Assembly (NCBI GenBank): GCA_038063755.1
Contig: JBBTUL010000012.1
Span: forward strand, 572-64,571
DNA: 64,000 bases
Source of the DNA: Patescibacteria group bacterium
GTDB lineage: Bacteria > Patescibacteriota > Minisyncoccia > UBA6257 > 2-01-FULL-56-20
Direction: 5' to 3'
Positions 33,758 through 43,135 of the stretch are shown piece after piece. The position numbers and the translations under genes are program-made. Position 1 is the first letter of the stretch. Each line of letters begins with the position of its first letter. Below the pieces are notes generated by a model. It made no database searches and was not told the DNA's origin. It saw nothing but the letters and a program-made list of their open reading frames with translations.

Positions 33758-34153
33758 ATGCTTTCCAAATTAAAGAATCCAGACTTAGGACTTTTTCTCG
33801 TACGCCTCGCGCTTGCGCTTGTTTTTATCGCGCATGGCTTTGGGAAGTTCGCAGACATCGCGGGAACAACTGCATTTTTTGGAAAAATTGGCCTTGCGCC
33901 GTTTTTCGTCTACCTTGTTGCCGCGGTTGAATTTGTTGGAGGCCTCGCGATGCTTCTGGGGCTTTTTACGGATGTCGCCGGAGTTGCGCTTGCACTCGTC
34001 ATGCTTTTCGCGATCATTCTCGTGAAGGGAGGAAAAGGGTTTTTCGGATTTGAACTCGATCTAACTCTTCTTCTTGCGGCTTTGGGTGTTGCAATGGCTG
34101 GACCTGGCAAATATGCGGTAAAGTGGTTTCAAAAACCACCCGCACAGGTATAA
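33758..34153 (+). CDS. DoxX-family membrane protein
   Basis: LGLFLVRLALALVFIAHGFGKF...GGLAMLLGLFT is the DoxX pattern, with 4 TM helices. A TTGGCA...TATAAT promoter lies upstream at 33685-33712. Confidence 0.7.
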   Translation: MLSKLKNPDLGLFLVRLALALVFIAHGFGKFADIAGTTAFFGKIGLAPFFVYLVAAVEFVGGLAMLLGLFTDVAGVALALVMLFAIILVKGGKGFFGFELDLTLLLAALGVAMAGPGKYAVKWFQKPPAQV

Positions 34154-34170
34154 GCTCCTTACCAAAAACT

Positions 34171-34200
34171 GCCCTCGACCTTCGTCGGGGCGGTTTTTTT
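34171..34200 (+). terminator. rho-independent terminator
   Basis: ccctcgac-cttc-gtcgggg-cgg followed by TTTTTTT. Confidence 0.5.
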
Positions 34201-34242
34201 ATTGACTGATTTTTGCAGGCGACGTAGGATAATCGGAGAAGC

Positions 34243-34509
34243 TTGACTGGAAGAGCGAGGGGACTGGTGCCACCGAACGAAGGCCCAAAACGCGTAGAGA
34301 CAATCGAAGAATTCGCTCAAGCGATTGATTTGCTTCCCGACGGAGCGGTTGAATGCTTCAGCGTTCCGGCAAACGACGATTTTTCCGATATGCGGAAGGT
34401 TTCCGAAAAACTTCTTCTTGTCCTGGGAGCAGATTGGAGAATTTCCCTCCGGAAAATTGGCGTGGACAAGAACGATACTCAAAGATTTTTTATCCTCGTA
34501 AGCACCTAA
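34243..34509 (+). CDS. small hypothetical protein
   Basis: 88 aa, downstream of a TTGACT...TAGGATAAT promoter-like element at 34198-34232. Low confidence. Confidence 0.3.
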   Translation: MTGRARGLVPPNEGPKRVETIEEFAQAIDLLPDGAVECFSVPANDDFSDMRKVSEKLLLVLGADWRISLRKIGVDKNDTQRFFILVST

Positions 34510-34540
34510 AACCCAAACCCAGAAAGGAAAGGAGACAGAG

Positions 34541-34786
34541 ATGTCAGAAGAAATTAAATGGATCGGTGGCCTCGACGAACTTGAGACGGAGATCGCCAAG
34601 ATGAAGATTGGCGATGAGAGGGAGTTCATGTTTGATGGAGCGATCGGGCAGGCAGAGGCATCCGAACGCGCATTCAGAATCAATCTTTTAAGAAAAGAGG
34701 GTCGCGCATGGATTCAGGTCGGGGCGTGGGGGCTGATGCCGGACCCCACGACGAAAATTAAGGTTCGTGTTCGAATTTCTCACTAG
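34541..34786 (+). CDS. small hypothetical protein
   Basis: 81 aa with a strong RBS (ggaaaggagacagagATG) and followed by a clean terminator. Confidence 0.4.
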   Translation: MSEEIKWIGGLDELETEIAKMKIGDEREFMFDGAIGQAEASERAFRINLLRKEGRAWIQVGAWGLMPDPTTKIKVRVRISH

Positions 34787-34790
34787 AATA

Positions 34791-34817
34791 GCCGCAAAAC
34801 GCGGCTTTTTTCTTTTT
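34791..34817 (+). terminator. rho-independent terminator
   Basis: gccgc-aaaac-gcggc followed by ttttttcttttt. Confidence 0.6.
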
Positions 34818-34958
34818 AAGAGGGGAATCGTCTCTTTCGGGTGTCGTCGCAGCAAGGGTAAGGTCTGGCCTAGCGGCCTTGGAGCGCCCGAGCGGAGACG
34901 ATACCCGAAAAAGACCGCATTCCGGGGAGATTTATTGTTATGCACAGCGCCACAACAA

Positions 34959-35029
34959 ATCTCGACCATCGAGGTGTATAATGCTTATATGTACAAAAAA
35001 GCTGATTTTTCCGCATCTCGACCATCGAG
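34959..35029 (+). promoter_or_regulatory. two copies of a 15-nt direct repeat ATCTCGACCATCGAG flanking an extended -10 element; putative operator/promoter of the HTH-TM regulator gene
   Basis: Copy 1 is at 34959-34973 and copy 2 at 35015-35029, both exact. TGTATAAT lies at 34975-34982 between them. The start of the 35051 gene is 22 nt after copy 2. Confidence 0.45.
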
Positions 35030-35050
35030 ATTATTGATTTTAAAGGATTT

Positions 35051-35455
35051 ATGACCGAAAGCGGGGAAAAGTACATAAGCCTTAAAGAAGCCGCAAGATT
35101 GTCGGGTTATTCGCCGGACTATGTCGGACAGCTTATCAGAAAAGGAAAGCTCCCCGGAAAACAAATATATTCGAATATTGCCTGGGTGACGACCGAAGAG
35201 GCCATTAAAAAATACATGGAAGGATCGCTTCCCGAAAACGGAGGCGAAGCGGGAGCTCCCTGGCTAGAGCGAAAGGCGGCAATTCTTGAGAAAAAAAAGC
35301 TTTTTCGGCGGGTAACGATTTTACTAAGAGTAATTCTTAGTGCCATGATTTTTTTCGCGATAGTTCTTTTCTATGTATTTACCGCAAGCGTTGAACAGCG
35401 CCTTGAACAGCGCGCACTTCGACAGGCAGAGGTAGGCCAAGAAAAAATGAAATGA
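35051..35455 (+). CDS. helix-turn-helix DNA-binding protein with a C-terminal TM helix (membrane-anchored regulator)
   Basis: ISLKEAARLSGYSPDYVGQLIRKGKLPG is a MerR/excisionase-type HTH. The hydrophobic segment is VTILLRVILSAMIFFAIVLFYVF. Confidence 0.55.
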   Translation: MTESGEKYISLKEAARLSGYSPDYVGQLIRKGKLPGKQIYSNIAWVTTEEAIKKYMEGSLPENGGEAGAPWLERKAAILEKKKLFRRVTILLRVILSAMIFFAIVLFYVFTASVEQRLEQRALRQAEVGQEKMK

Positions 35456-37083
35456 AAAACGAGCATGAGGAAAAGAAGTGTTTCATGCGCGATATTGTTT
35501 TTTATCCCGCGAGCACAGCCCGGCCGAAAAAAGAAAGAAAAGCCGGCGATCTATTTTCGAGATGCGTTGCGATCATGGCAATGTGCTCGATTATCTTTTT
35601 TCCGCTGGCTCCGGTTCGCGGAGAAGAGGCTTCCCCTGATGCGAGTGTCGATGTTTCCGAGGTCATCCAGCCCACAGGCGAAATAAACGAGACAGCAGAG
35701 GACGGCGAAAAAATTTTATCAGAACTTCCTTCGGAGCAAGTAGAACAGATCGAACTTGTTCCGGACGAGAACCCCTTTTCTGAAGAGCAGTCCGTCGAGA
35801 GCTCTTCTGGCGCAGAAAACGCAGTGCCCGAGCCAAAAGCAGAAGAAGTGCTTGTCGAAAACAACGGGGAGACACAGAGCGTCGTCTCTTCCGAAGAAAC
35901 GTCAAGCGAACCCGATCCCCTGATAAACACCGAAGAGAGCGGAGGATCGACGGGGAGTCTCTCAGCAACATCATCATCGTCAGAAGAACCGGCTGTGCCG
36001 CGTGAAGAAGAAAACAGGAGCTCAGCACCGGAGGACGAGAACGAGCCGATCCTTGAAGCTCAAGACGCAAGTACTCCATACGAGGACTTAACTACCGAAG
36101 AACTTTCCGCCAAGCTCAAAGACCAAGAAGCGCGATACCAGGAAGAGCTTGAGCGGAAAAATCGTGTCATCGAAGAGCTTACAGAAAACGCAACCCAAAG
36201 GCCGCGGAGGGAAGCGGAAAAAGAGCTTCAGGCGAGATGTGTCGCGCTTGCGCACGGATACTTTTGTCTTGACGGAGATGGCGCTGCTTCATCCGGAGAA
36301 GTGCTTGCGAGCCCGTCAGATAACGGATTTTTACGCGCCGAGCGTGTTTCCGGTAACTATGAAATATATCTGACGGGAGCGTCTGGAGAAGAGCGTATTA
36401 CTGAAAATGACTACGACGATATTTTTCCGGAACGTGATCGAGGCGGAGCAATGATCGTCTGGCAGGGAAACCCCGGAGGTACGTGGCAGATTTTTGTAAA
36501 AAATGGGCTTGATCCGGTGGAGCAGCTTACCAACACGAACGACTCGAATATGAACCCGCGCGTTTCGAGCGATTTCGTGGTCTGGCAGGGATGGCGCGAC
36601 GGGAATTGGGAAATATTTTTAGCGGAGAAAAAAAACAATATAGAAGATGGCGCGACGAGCACTGTTTCAAAAGAGTCGTGGAGCGTTGAGCGGTTAACCA
36701 CGAATATCACAAATGACATGTTTCCCAGCATCGCACGAGGACTGGTAACGTGGCAGTCATGGAATGGTTCGGGGTGGGAGATTCTTGTGTACGATATTAA
36801 AAATAAAAAAATCGAAAAACTTGAGGGTTCCGGAGTTGCAGAAAGTCCTCGCTTCGCGCTCATTGCCGAGGAGCGAAATACGGACGGAACGTTTCGAACG
36901 GTTGGATATGACCTTGCTTCAGGAAGGAAGCTAGAGCTTCACCTTGATCGTTTGCCGATTACGATACCAGTCGATCCTCCCGCCCCACCGCTTCACGAAC
37001 AGGATGGAGTTTTTCCTGCGCCTTCCGGCGGACATACAGAGAAGAAGGTTGAGGGAGGCGAAGATGGAGCTACACCAGAATGA
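35452..37083 (+). CDS. secreted protein: acidic low-complexity region + PD40/TolB-like beta-propeller repeats
   Basis: Hydrophobic N-region, a long E/S/D-rich linker, then at least 3 repeats of the form ...VWQG.(R)DG.WEIF(L/V). Confidence 0.55.
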   Translation: MKNEHEEKKCFMRDIVFYPASTARPKKERKAGDLFSRCVAIMAMCSIIFFPLAPVRGEEASPDASVDVSEVIQPTGEINETAEDGEKILSELPSEQVEQIELVPDENPFSEEQSVESSSGAENAVPEPKAEEVLVENNGETQSVVSSEETSSEPDPLINTEESGGSTGSLSATSSSSEEPAVPREEENRSSAPEDENEPILEAQDASTPYEDLTTEELSAKLKDQEARYQEELERKNRVIEELTENATQRPRREAEKELQARCVALAHGYFCLDGDGAASSGEVLASPSDNGFLRAERVSGNYEIYLTGASGEERITENDYDDIFPERDRGGAMIVWQGNPGGTWQIFVKNGLDPVEQLTNTNDSNMNPRVSSDFVVWQGWRDGNWEIFLAEKKNNIEDGATSTVSKESWSVERLTTNITNDMFPSIARGLVTWQSWNGSGWEILVYDIKNKKIEKLEGSGVAESPRFALIAEERNTDGTFRTVGYDLASGRKLELHLDRLPITIPVDPPAPPLHEQDGVFPAPSGGHTEKKVEGGEDGATPE

Positions 37084-40000
37084 CAAGCGCGATTCGATTT
37101 TTTGAGAAAAGAAGACAGCGCATCGAGGCGACGCTTGCGATTCTGCTTGCTGCCCTTTCTGCATATACGCTTCTTGTCGGTAACCAATCATTGCACGAAC
37201 TTATCCCTATTCCTCCGAAAGAAGCGAAGGCCGCGCAGGTGACGATTGATACGACCGTTTCGATTACCATCGGAAAGCACATGCTTTCCGGAAAGCAGAC
37301 GGTGTGCACGTCGGACACCGCATGTTATGCATTCTATATTGATGCGACCCCGAACGCGGAAGATATTGCCTTCGTTTCTTCGACAAACGGCGGAGCTTCC
37401 TGGGGGACGCCACATATAGTCGCCGCAGGAACGTGGCTCGGTGTCGTTATTTGGTACGATCGCTGGACTCCGGGAGATACGACCGGAAACACGGTACACA
37501 TGGTTACGTTCGAGTCCACGCTCGACCGGCTTTATTACACAAGCTTCGATACGGTAACAGAGGCGACCACAAGCGTAGTCGATGCCTCCGGAGCGGCCGA
37601 AGGGGCGCTTGCGGCAGGAAACGACCTTGCAATCACCAAGGCAACAAACGGTTATCTTTACCTTGGGACGGTCGACGCGACTGCCCCTACCGCCGGAGCG
37701 AACTTTATCGAAAAATGCCCGGCAAATTGCACGGCAACGACAAGCTGGGTGGCCGCAGGAACAAACCCGTGGACGAATGCGGGGGACAACCTCGACGGGA
37801 ATTTCGATCTTGTGATGATGCCGCTTCCTGCGGGAGATATTATGCTCGTTGCCCGCGATGTGGCGCTTGAGGACATCGAATATCAGATTTACACGAGCTC
37901 CACGAACACTTGGAATGCGAGCTTCACGGACCTCGACACCGGCGCGCAGGACATTACTACGTTTCCCTTTACTATCTCGGGCATTGCGGACACATTCAAC
38001 AACGATCTTTATCTTGCGTATGTGGCGAGCACGAGCGTTACGAACAGAAGCGAGCTTCGCGCATGGCGATATTCGTCCTCCACGTGGGCACAGCTTGCGA
38101 GTCCCTGGCCCGAGGCAACGGATGCTGTTTCCCTCATTAACGACGTATCGATTGGGATGGATTATTCCTCGGGCGATCTTTACGTCGCCTACGTGAGAGA
38201 CCCCACGAACGATGCGACGAACAACGGCAACGTTTACTACTCAAAGTCGACCGACGGAGGGACAACGTGGACCATCGACACGCTTCTTTCGAACGGCACC
38301 GTGGGAGACCTGCGCGGCATTTCAATAAATAACATCTCGAATGAACGTATCTTCGGGGTTTGGTTTAACCCGACACCGGACGACATTTTCGGAAACACGG
38401 CTCAAGACCTTACCCCGCCGACGTTTTCACAGTCCGCATATCGTTGGTTTGAAAACACAAACGCCACTTCCGTTGGCGTGGCGCTTGCCGCACAAGACAC
38501 AGCCACTACGCTTACCACCTCAAGCCAAGTATTTCGACTGCGACTCTCAGTGGATGCAGCAAACAACGGCGGGCGAAGATACTGGGTGAATGCGAAATTG
38601 CAATACGCCACCTCAACGGGCGCATGCGATGTCGGATATTCCGGCGAGACATATATAGACGTGGCAACTTCGTCTGGGCCGATTATTCTTTTCGACAACG
38701 CGCTTCCGCTCGATGGGGCAACCTCGACCGCGACTTCGAGCGATCCCGTTCACGGGGGACATCCTGCAACCGCACAGACCTACGAAGAGGCAAACCCGTT
38801 TACGAATTCAATTTCTCGTGTCGCAAGCGGCACGGACGGCATTTGGGATTTCGCTCTCAAAGACAACAACGCGCCGACAGTAACAACGTATTGTTTTAGA
38901 ATCGTTGACGCGAGCGGATCGCTCTTGGGAGCACCGAGCGTTATCCCACAGGTTACAACCTTTGCGGTTCCGACCTACACACAAAATTACTATCGATGGT
39001 ACGTGGACAACGGCACGACAACACCTTCTGATCCTTGGCCTTCGGGCGCCGTAGATATTGGGGAAAACGCTCCGATCACATATGCACAAGATCCCCCTGC
39101 CTCAGGCGAGCATTTGCGCTTGCGCATGACAAGTCAGATTGGGACAGAAGTGCTTGCAACGACAACGCAAGATTTCAAATTGCAATTCGGTACGCCATCC
39201 GCAACCTGCGGAGACGTCTCTTCATGGAACGATCTTGGCGCGCTGGGGAGCGGGGTGATTTGGCGTGGGTGGAATAGCGCCCCGGCCGACGGCACAGTAC
39301 TCGCTTCGAGCTCTCCGCAGGCGGGCGAGCTTTTGCTTTCAGTCTCGGATAGAGGAGGGACGTATGAAGAGCAAAACGGCACCGGACAAAATCCCTATCG
39401 AGTGAATATCGGGGAAGACGTGGAATACGATTGGTCCATTGAAGACAACGGAGCAACCGCATCGACGACGTATTGTTTCCGCATGACAAAAGAGAACGGA
39501 GCTGAGTTCGGGTCTTATAGTTTTTATCCAACGCTTTCTACGTCAGGATACCGACCGAAGACTCAAAACTGGAGGTGGTACGATGACGAAGCAAGCGAAA
39601 CTCCAACCACCTTTCTAGCCGCCGAAAATACTGCACCGACGAACATTGCGAATCAAAACTCCATAAAGCTGAGAATTACGATCAAAGACACGGCAAACGC
39701 TTCTGGCGTAAACGAGAAGTTTAAGCTTCAATTTTCGGAATATTCCGATTTCTCAGGAAGCGTGCAAGACGTTACTCCTGGTTCAGGTTGTTCGGGAAAT
39801 AGTATTTGGTGTTATACAGATGGCGGCGGACTAGACAACGGAATTATTACTACCAAAGTTCTCTCCGATGCAGATGCCTGCACCGGAGGAGCCGGAAATG
39901 GATGCGGAATGCACAATGAAGTTCCAACATCGACAAGCTCGTTTAGTCCAGCAGCAAACGCTGCAACGGAGTACGAGTTTACCATCAAGCAAGATGGAGC

Positions 40001-40625
40001 AAGGGCAAGCGCGGTATATTTCTTTCGGGTGTATAACGTAACGCGGAATCTTGCGACTCCACTGAACACCTCCGAGATATATCCGAGCCTTACCGTAGAA
40101 GGCGGGTCTCTTACGTTTAGTATTGGGGGCGTTGCAAGCGGAACAATAACAGAAGGGATTACGACGGATACCGAAACAACCGCAAGCACGATTCCTTTTG
40201 GAGTATTAGCGTTTGGAGCGGATAGAAAAGCCGCACACCGCCTTACGATCACCACAAACGCAACCGATGGATATAGGGTTTTCTTGTTTCAAGGACAAGG
40301 GTTTATAAACGAAGACGGGGATGAAATACCCCGCGTTGCAGGGACGAACGCGAGTCCTCTTGCCTGGGGCATCGGCTGTTATACAACCTCGAGCGGGTGT
40401 TATGGGTATCATTCAGGAGACGATGTTCTTTTCGGCGGGTCGACTCGGTTTAGCGCAGACGATACGTATGCGAAGCTCACGACATCCTCCGAGGAGATAG
40501 CGTTCAGCGCGATACCGGGAACGGCAGATACGCATGACGTTATATTCAGAACAAAGGCTTCGGGAAGCCAACCCGGCGGAACATATCAAAGCAGTATCGC
40601 CTATATCGCCGTGACATATTTCTGA
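37080..40625 (+). CDS. giant (1181 aa) Thr/Ser-rich surface protein with BNR/Asp-box repeats and a conserved C-terminal beta module
   Basis: N-terminal TM/signal, then BNR motifs (SSTNGGASWGT, KSTDGGTTWTI). N-terminal domain paralogous to the 51463 protein (AAQVTIDTTV...VIWYDRWTPGDTTGNTVHMVTFES versus AAQVTIDSTV...AIWYDRWTPGNATGTIIHVSTID). The C-terminal ~150 aa are shared with the 43136, 51463 and 58290 proteins. Confidence 0.7.
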   Translation: MTSAIRFFEKRRQRIEATLAILLAALSAYTLLVGNQSLHELIPIPPKEAKAAQVTIDTTVSITIGKHMLSGKQTVCTSDTACYAFYIDATPNAEDIAFVSSTNGGASWGTPHIVAAGTWLGVVIWYDRWTPGDTTGNTVHMVTFESTLDRLYYTSFDTVTEATTSVVDASGAAEGALAAGNDLAITKATNGYLYLGTVDATAPTAGANFIEKCPANCTATTSWVAAGTNPWTNAGDNLDGNFDLVMMPLPAGDIMLVARDVALEDIEYQIYTSSTNTWNASFTDLDTGAQDITTFPFTISGIADTFNNDLYLAYVASTSVTNRSELRAWRYSSSTWAQLASPWPEATDAVSLINDVSIGMDYSSGDLYVAYVRDPTNDATNNGNVYYSKSTDGGTTWTIDTLLSNGTVGDLRGISINNISNERIFGVWFNPTPDDIFGNTAQDLTPPTFSQSAYRWFENTNATSVGVALAAQDTATTLTTSSQVFRLRLSVDAANNGGRRYWVNAKLQYATSTGACDVGYSGETYIDVATSSGPIILFDNALPLDGATSTATSSDPVHGGHPATAQTYEEANPFTNSISRVASGTDGIWDFALKDNNAPTVTTYCFRIVDASGSLLGAPSVIPQVTTFAVPTYTQNYYRWYVDNGTTTPSDPWPSGAVDIGENAPITYAQDPPASGEHLRLRMTSQIGTEVLATTTQDFKLQFGTPSATCGDVSSWNDLGALGSGVIWRGWNSAPADGTVLASSSPQAGELLLSVSDRGGTYEEQNGTGQNPYRVNIGEDVEYDWSIEDNGATASTTYCFRMTKENGAEFGSYSFYPTLSTSGYRPKTQNWRWYDDEASETPTTFLAAENTAPTNIANQNSIKLRITIKDTANASGVNEKFKLQFSEYSDFSGSVQDVTPGSGCSGNSIWCYTDGGGLDNGIITTKVLSDADACTGGAGNGCGMHNEVPTSTSSFSPAANAATEYEFTIKQDGARASAVYFFRVYNVTRNLATPLNTSEIYPSLTVEGGSLTFSIGGVASGTITEGITTDTETTASTIPFGVLAFGADRKAAHRLTITTNATDGYRVFLFQGQGFINEDGDEIPRVAGTNASPLAWGIGCYTTSSGCYGYHSGDDVLFGGSTRFSADDTYAKLTTSSEEIAFSAIPGTADTHDVIFRTKASGSQPGGTYQSSIAYIAVTYF

Positions 40626-40627
40626 AC

Positions 40628-41671
40628 ATGATAAAATTCAAGAACTTTTTCCGCGGAAAAACATTTTTATATATAGTCACCGCTTTTTCTGTCGGAGTTT
40701 TTTACGTTACGCTTCCATTACCCGCGGAAGCGATTATTTCAGTAAGCCGGTTTTTAGAAATGCATCCGGCGGTCGTCGACCTGAAAGGAATGCCGCGTGA
40801 CATTTTAGGGGGAGAATTTCAAATTAGGAATATTGCCGATCATCGCATTGCGGTGTATCCATTCGTTTACGGAGTCGAAGAAGAAAACGGAGTACAGAAG
40901 TTTTTAGATTCATCACTTGCAGACCAAGCGGAGTCGCTTGCGAATTGGATATCGCTCCATCGCGGCGTCATCATGCTTGATCCCGGAGAAGAGAAAAAAG
41001 TGCAATTTAACTTGCAAATCAATTTGCGAGCAGAGCCCGGGTTCTACCACGCAGTTATCGGGGTTGGCGAAGGTGCGACAAGAGATGATGCCGAGCAAGA
41101 TATTTCTCGCGCAGCAACGCTTGCGGTAAATGTTGAAGTGATAAGCGATGTTCGGGTAGACTTTGCTCTCAAGTCATTCCGAGCGACAAAAACATTTCTC
41201 GTGGGATCATCTCCGGCATTCTCGTACCGCGTCCTAAATAACGGAAATCGGCCAGAAGCTCCTCGTGGTGAGCTTCGAATATATAACCGCCGAGGGAAAG
41301 AGATTTCGTTTATCCCAACGAACACTGAGGGAAAGATTGTCTCGCCAGGCGAGGAAGCACCCTTCTCGGTCAATTCGGAAGCCGTTTTCCCGATTGGAAG
41401 ACATAAGGCGTTTCTCGATGTTTCTTACGGAGAAGAGGGCGGAAAACACCTTACCGATACAGCTTTTTTCTGGGTTTTCCCGCTGATTTGGGTGTTTGCG
41501 GTTGGAGTGCTGTTTTTCGCGATTATCATAGCCGCCATTGCTTTACACTATATATATGAGCGACGGCACAGGAAAACGGTCCAGATGCACCCCATGAGGC
41601 CATATGCCCACGACATTATCGACCTTCGCAGGGGCGCGGGGCAAACAAGAGACAAGAACGGAAATGAATAG
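40628..41671 (+). CDS. membrane-anchored surface protein, paralog family A (signal peptide + two beta-sandwich domains with N-x-G-N motif + C-terminal TM)
   Basis: Signal peptide, then ...VLNNGNRPEAPRGELRIYNRRGKEISFI..., then C-terminal TM FFWVFPLIWVFAVGVLFFAIIIAAIAL and a basic tail. Paralogous to the proteins at 41664, 44389 and 60191. Confidence 0.6.
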   Translation: MIKFKNFFRGKTFLYIVTAFSVGVFYVTLPLPAEAIISVSRFLEMHPAVVDLKGMPRDILGGEFQIRNIADHRIAVYPFVYGVEEENGVQKFLDSSLADQAESLANWISLHRGVIMLDPGEEKKVQFNLQINLRAEPGFYHAVIGVGEGATRDDAEQDISRAATLAVNVEVISDVRVDFALKSFRATKTFLVGSSPAFSYRVLNNGNRPEAPRGELRIYNRRGKEISFIPTNTEGKIVSPGEEAPFSVNSEAVFPIGRHKAFLDVSYGEEGGKHLTDTAFFWVFPLIWVFAVGVLFFAIIIAAIALHYIYERRHRKTVQMHPMRPYAHDIIDLRRGAGQTRDKNGNE

Positions 41672-42983
41672 AATCCATCGCGTGCGCAGAGGGACGATTG
41701 CAGGTGTTATTCTTTTTTGCCTAATTACGTTTTCTCCCTTATCGCTTTTCGCCGCGGAAAAAGTTTCCCTCACCATCACCCCGCCGCTTTTTCAACTGAA
41801 CGTAAAACCTGGAGATTTCTGGTCGAGCTCAGTGAGGGTGATAAACGCGAATAACGCGCCACTCACTTTATATGCTCGTGTGTACGGATTTATCGCAGAG
41901 GGAGAAGACGGACACGGAGATTTTATTTCTATTAGCGAGGGTGCGAATGGAGACGACGCGATGCTTGCGCGATGGATTAATCTTCAAGAAAAAGAAATAG
42001 AACTTTCTCCTGGTGCAAGTGGAGAGATTCCATTTACCATTTCGATTCCAAAAAGCGCTCCTCCTGGAGGGCAGTATGCAGCAATCCTTGTTGGAACCGC
42101 TCCGCCGGAGTTTTCATCGGTGGGACCGGCAATGCTTGTCTCTGGATCTGTGTCGTCTCTTCTGTTTGTCCGGATCGATGGAGACGTGCGCGAGGAAGGG
42201 GTGATTAGAGAATTCGTCACCGAGGAAAGTGTTTATCAATCGCCAAGAGCAAATTTTTCTGTTCGCTTTGAAAATCTTGGAAATGTTCATCTGCGTCCGC
42301 AGGGCGATATCACGATCTATAATATGTGGGGAAAAGAACGCGGAAGGATACTGGTTAACCAACAGACAGATTTTGGAAATGTTCTTCCGAAGAGCACGAG
42401 AAAATTCGCCTTCGAATGGATTGGAGAGAGCAACCTCTTTGAAGCGGGAAGGTATCGCGCCGTCGCAACGCTGGCCTACGGCCGCGACGCGCGACAAAAT
42501 GTCTCGCGATCAGTCACTTTTTGGGTTATTCCGACGAAAGAGACCATCGCGGTTTTCGGAAGTCTCATTTTTGGAGTATGGTGCCTTATTCTTCTTATTC
42601 GAAGGTACGTCCGACGCGCACTTAGGCTGGAAATGGTGCGTCGCGGAATGCATGATGGGATAAACGGGCATGATGTTTCTCGTCTGCGTGATGAAAAACC
42701 ATTGTTGCGACCGGAAGTTCTCCTAAGACCGCTTGAGATTGGCATCGTTGATCTTCGAAAAACAAAAGAAGCACTTGAAAAAACAGAAAGCAAAAACAAA
42801 AAACTCATTGCAAGGGGCTTGCTCAGGAAATACGTTCTTGTTCTTGTTTTTATCCCGACAGCTTTATTTTTGATTCTTTGGTTCTTTGTATATTTTAAAG
42901 AGGTTCTCGTGAAAGAGAGAGTGTTCGAGATCAACATACAAAAAGAAAGCTCATCTCTCGCGCAGAGCCGAGCAATAGTCTAG
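41664..42983 (+). CDS. membrane-anchored surface protein, paralog family A
   Basis: RIDGDVREEGVIREF...FENLGNVHLRPQGDITIYNMWGKERGRIL, plus a C-terminal TM and a second TM near the end. An 8-nt overlap with the upstream paralog suggests an operon. Confidence 0.6.
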   Translation: MNRIHRVRRGTIAGVILFCLITFSPLSLFAAEKVSLTITPPLFQLNVKPGDFWSSSVRVINANNAPLTLYARVYGFIAEGEDGHGDFISISEGANGDDAMLARWINLQEKEIELSPGASGEIPFTISIPKSAPPGGQYAAILVGTAPPEFSSVGPAMLVSGSVSSLLFVRIDGDVREEGVIREFVTEESVYQSPRANFSVRFENLGNVHLRPQGDITIYNMWGKERGRILVNQQTDFGNVLPKSTRKFAFEWIGESNLFEAGRYRAVATLAYGRDARQNVSRSVTFWVIPTKETIAVFGSLIFGVWCLILLIRRYVRRALRLEMVRRGMHDGINGHDVSRLRDEKPLLRPEVLLRPLEIGIVDLRKTKEALEKTESKNKKLIARGLLRKYVLVLVFIPTALFLILWFFVYFKEVLVKERVFEINIQKESSSLAQSRAIV

Positions 42984-43018
42984 GACAGAGAAGGCGAAAA
43001 AGGAGGATTCGTGCAGGG

Positions 43019-43082
43019 TGTGGATAACTTGCGCATTTTGTGTGTACAAAGTTGCTATACTTAATTTAAGGCAAGTTATCCA
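43019..43082. promoter_or_regulatory. 12-bp inverted repeat TGGATAACTTGC / GCAAGTTATCCA (38-nt spacer) containing a perfect DnaA-box 9-mer
   Basis: The arms are at 43021-43032 and 43071-43082. tgtggataa (43019-43027) is the reverse complement of TTATCCACA. It lies upstream of the 43136 gene. The same TGTGGATAACTT 12-mer recurs at 58231-58242. Confidence 0.4.
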
Positions 43083-43135
43083 TTGCCGAAAAGGAAAGGT
43101 CGTCGGTATATTACCGCAATAACATTTAAAATTTC

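Noticed and set aside
34159-34683. 174-aa minus-strand ORF overlapping two small plus-strand ORFs
   Set aside because: Low-complexity Ser/Ile/Pro-rich product. The plus strand has a promoter-like element, a strong RBS for the 34541 ORF and a clean plus-strand terminator at 34791-34817. The minus-strand ORF lacks all of these.
37433-38325. Arg-rich ORFs (145 aa, 115 aa, 76 aa, 62 aa) on both strands inside the giant BNR gene
   Set aside because: They lie within a long ORF that has obvious protein repeats and paralogs. They are frame artefacts of Thr/Ala/Gly-rich coding sequence.
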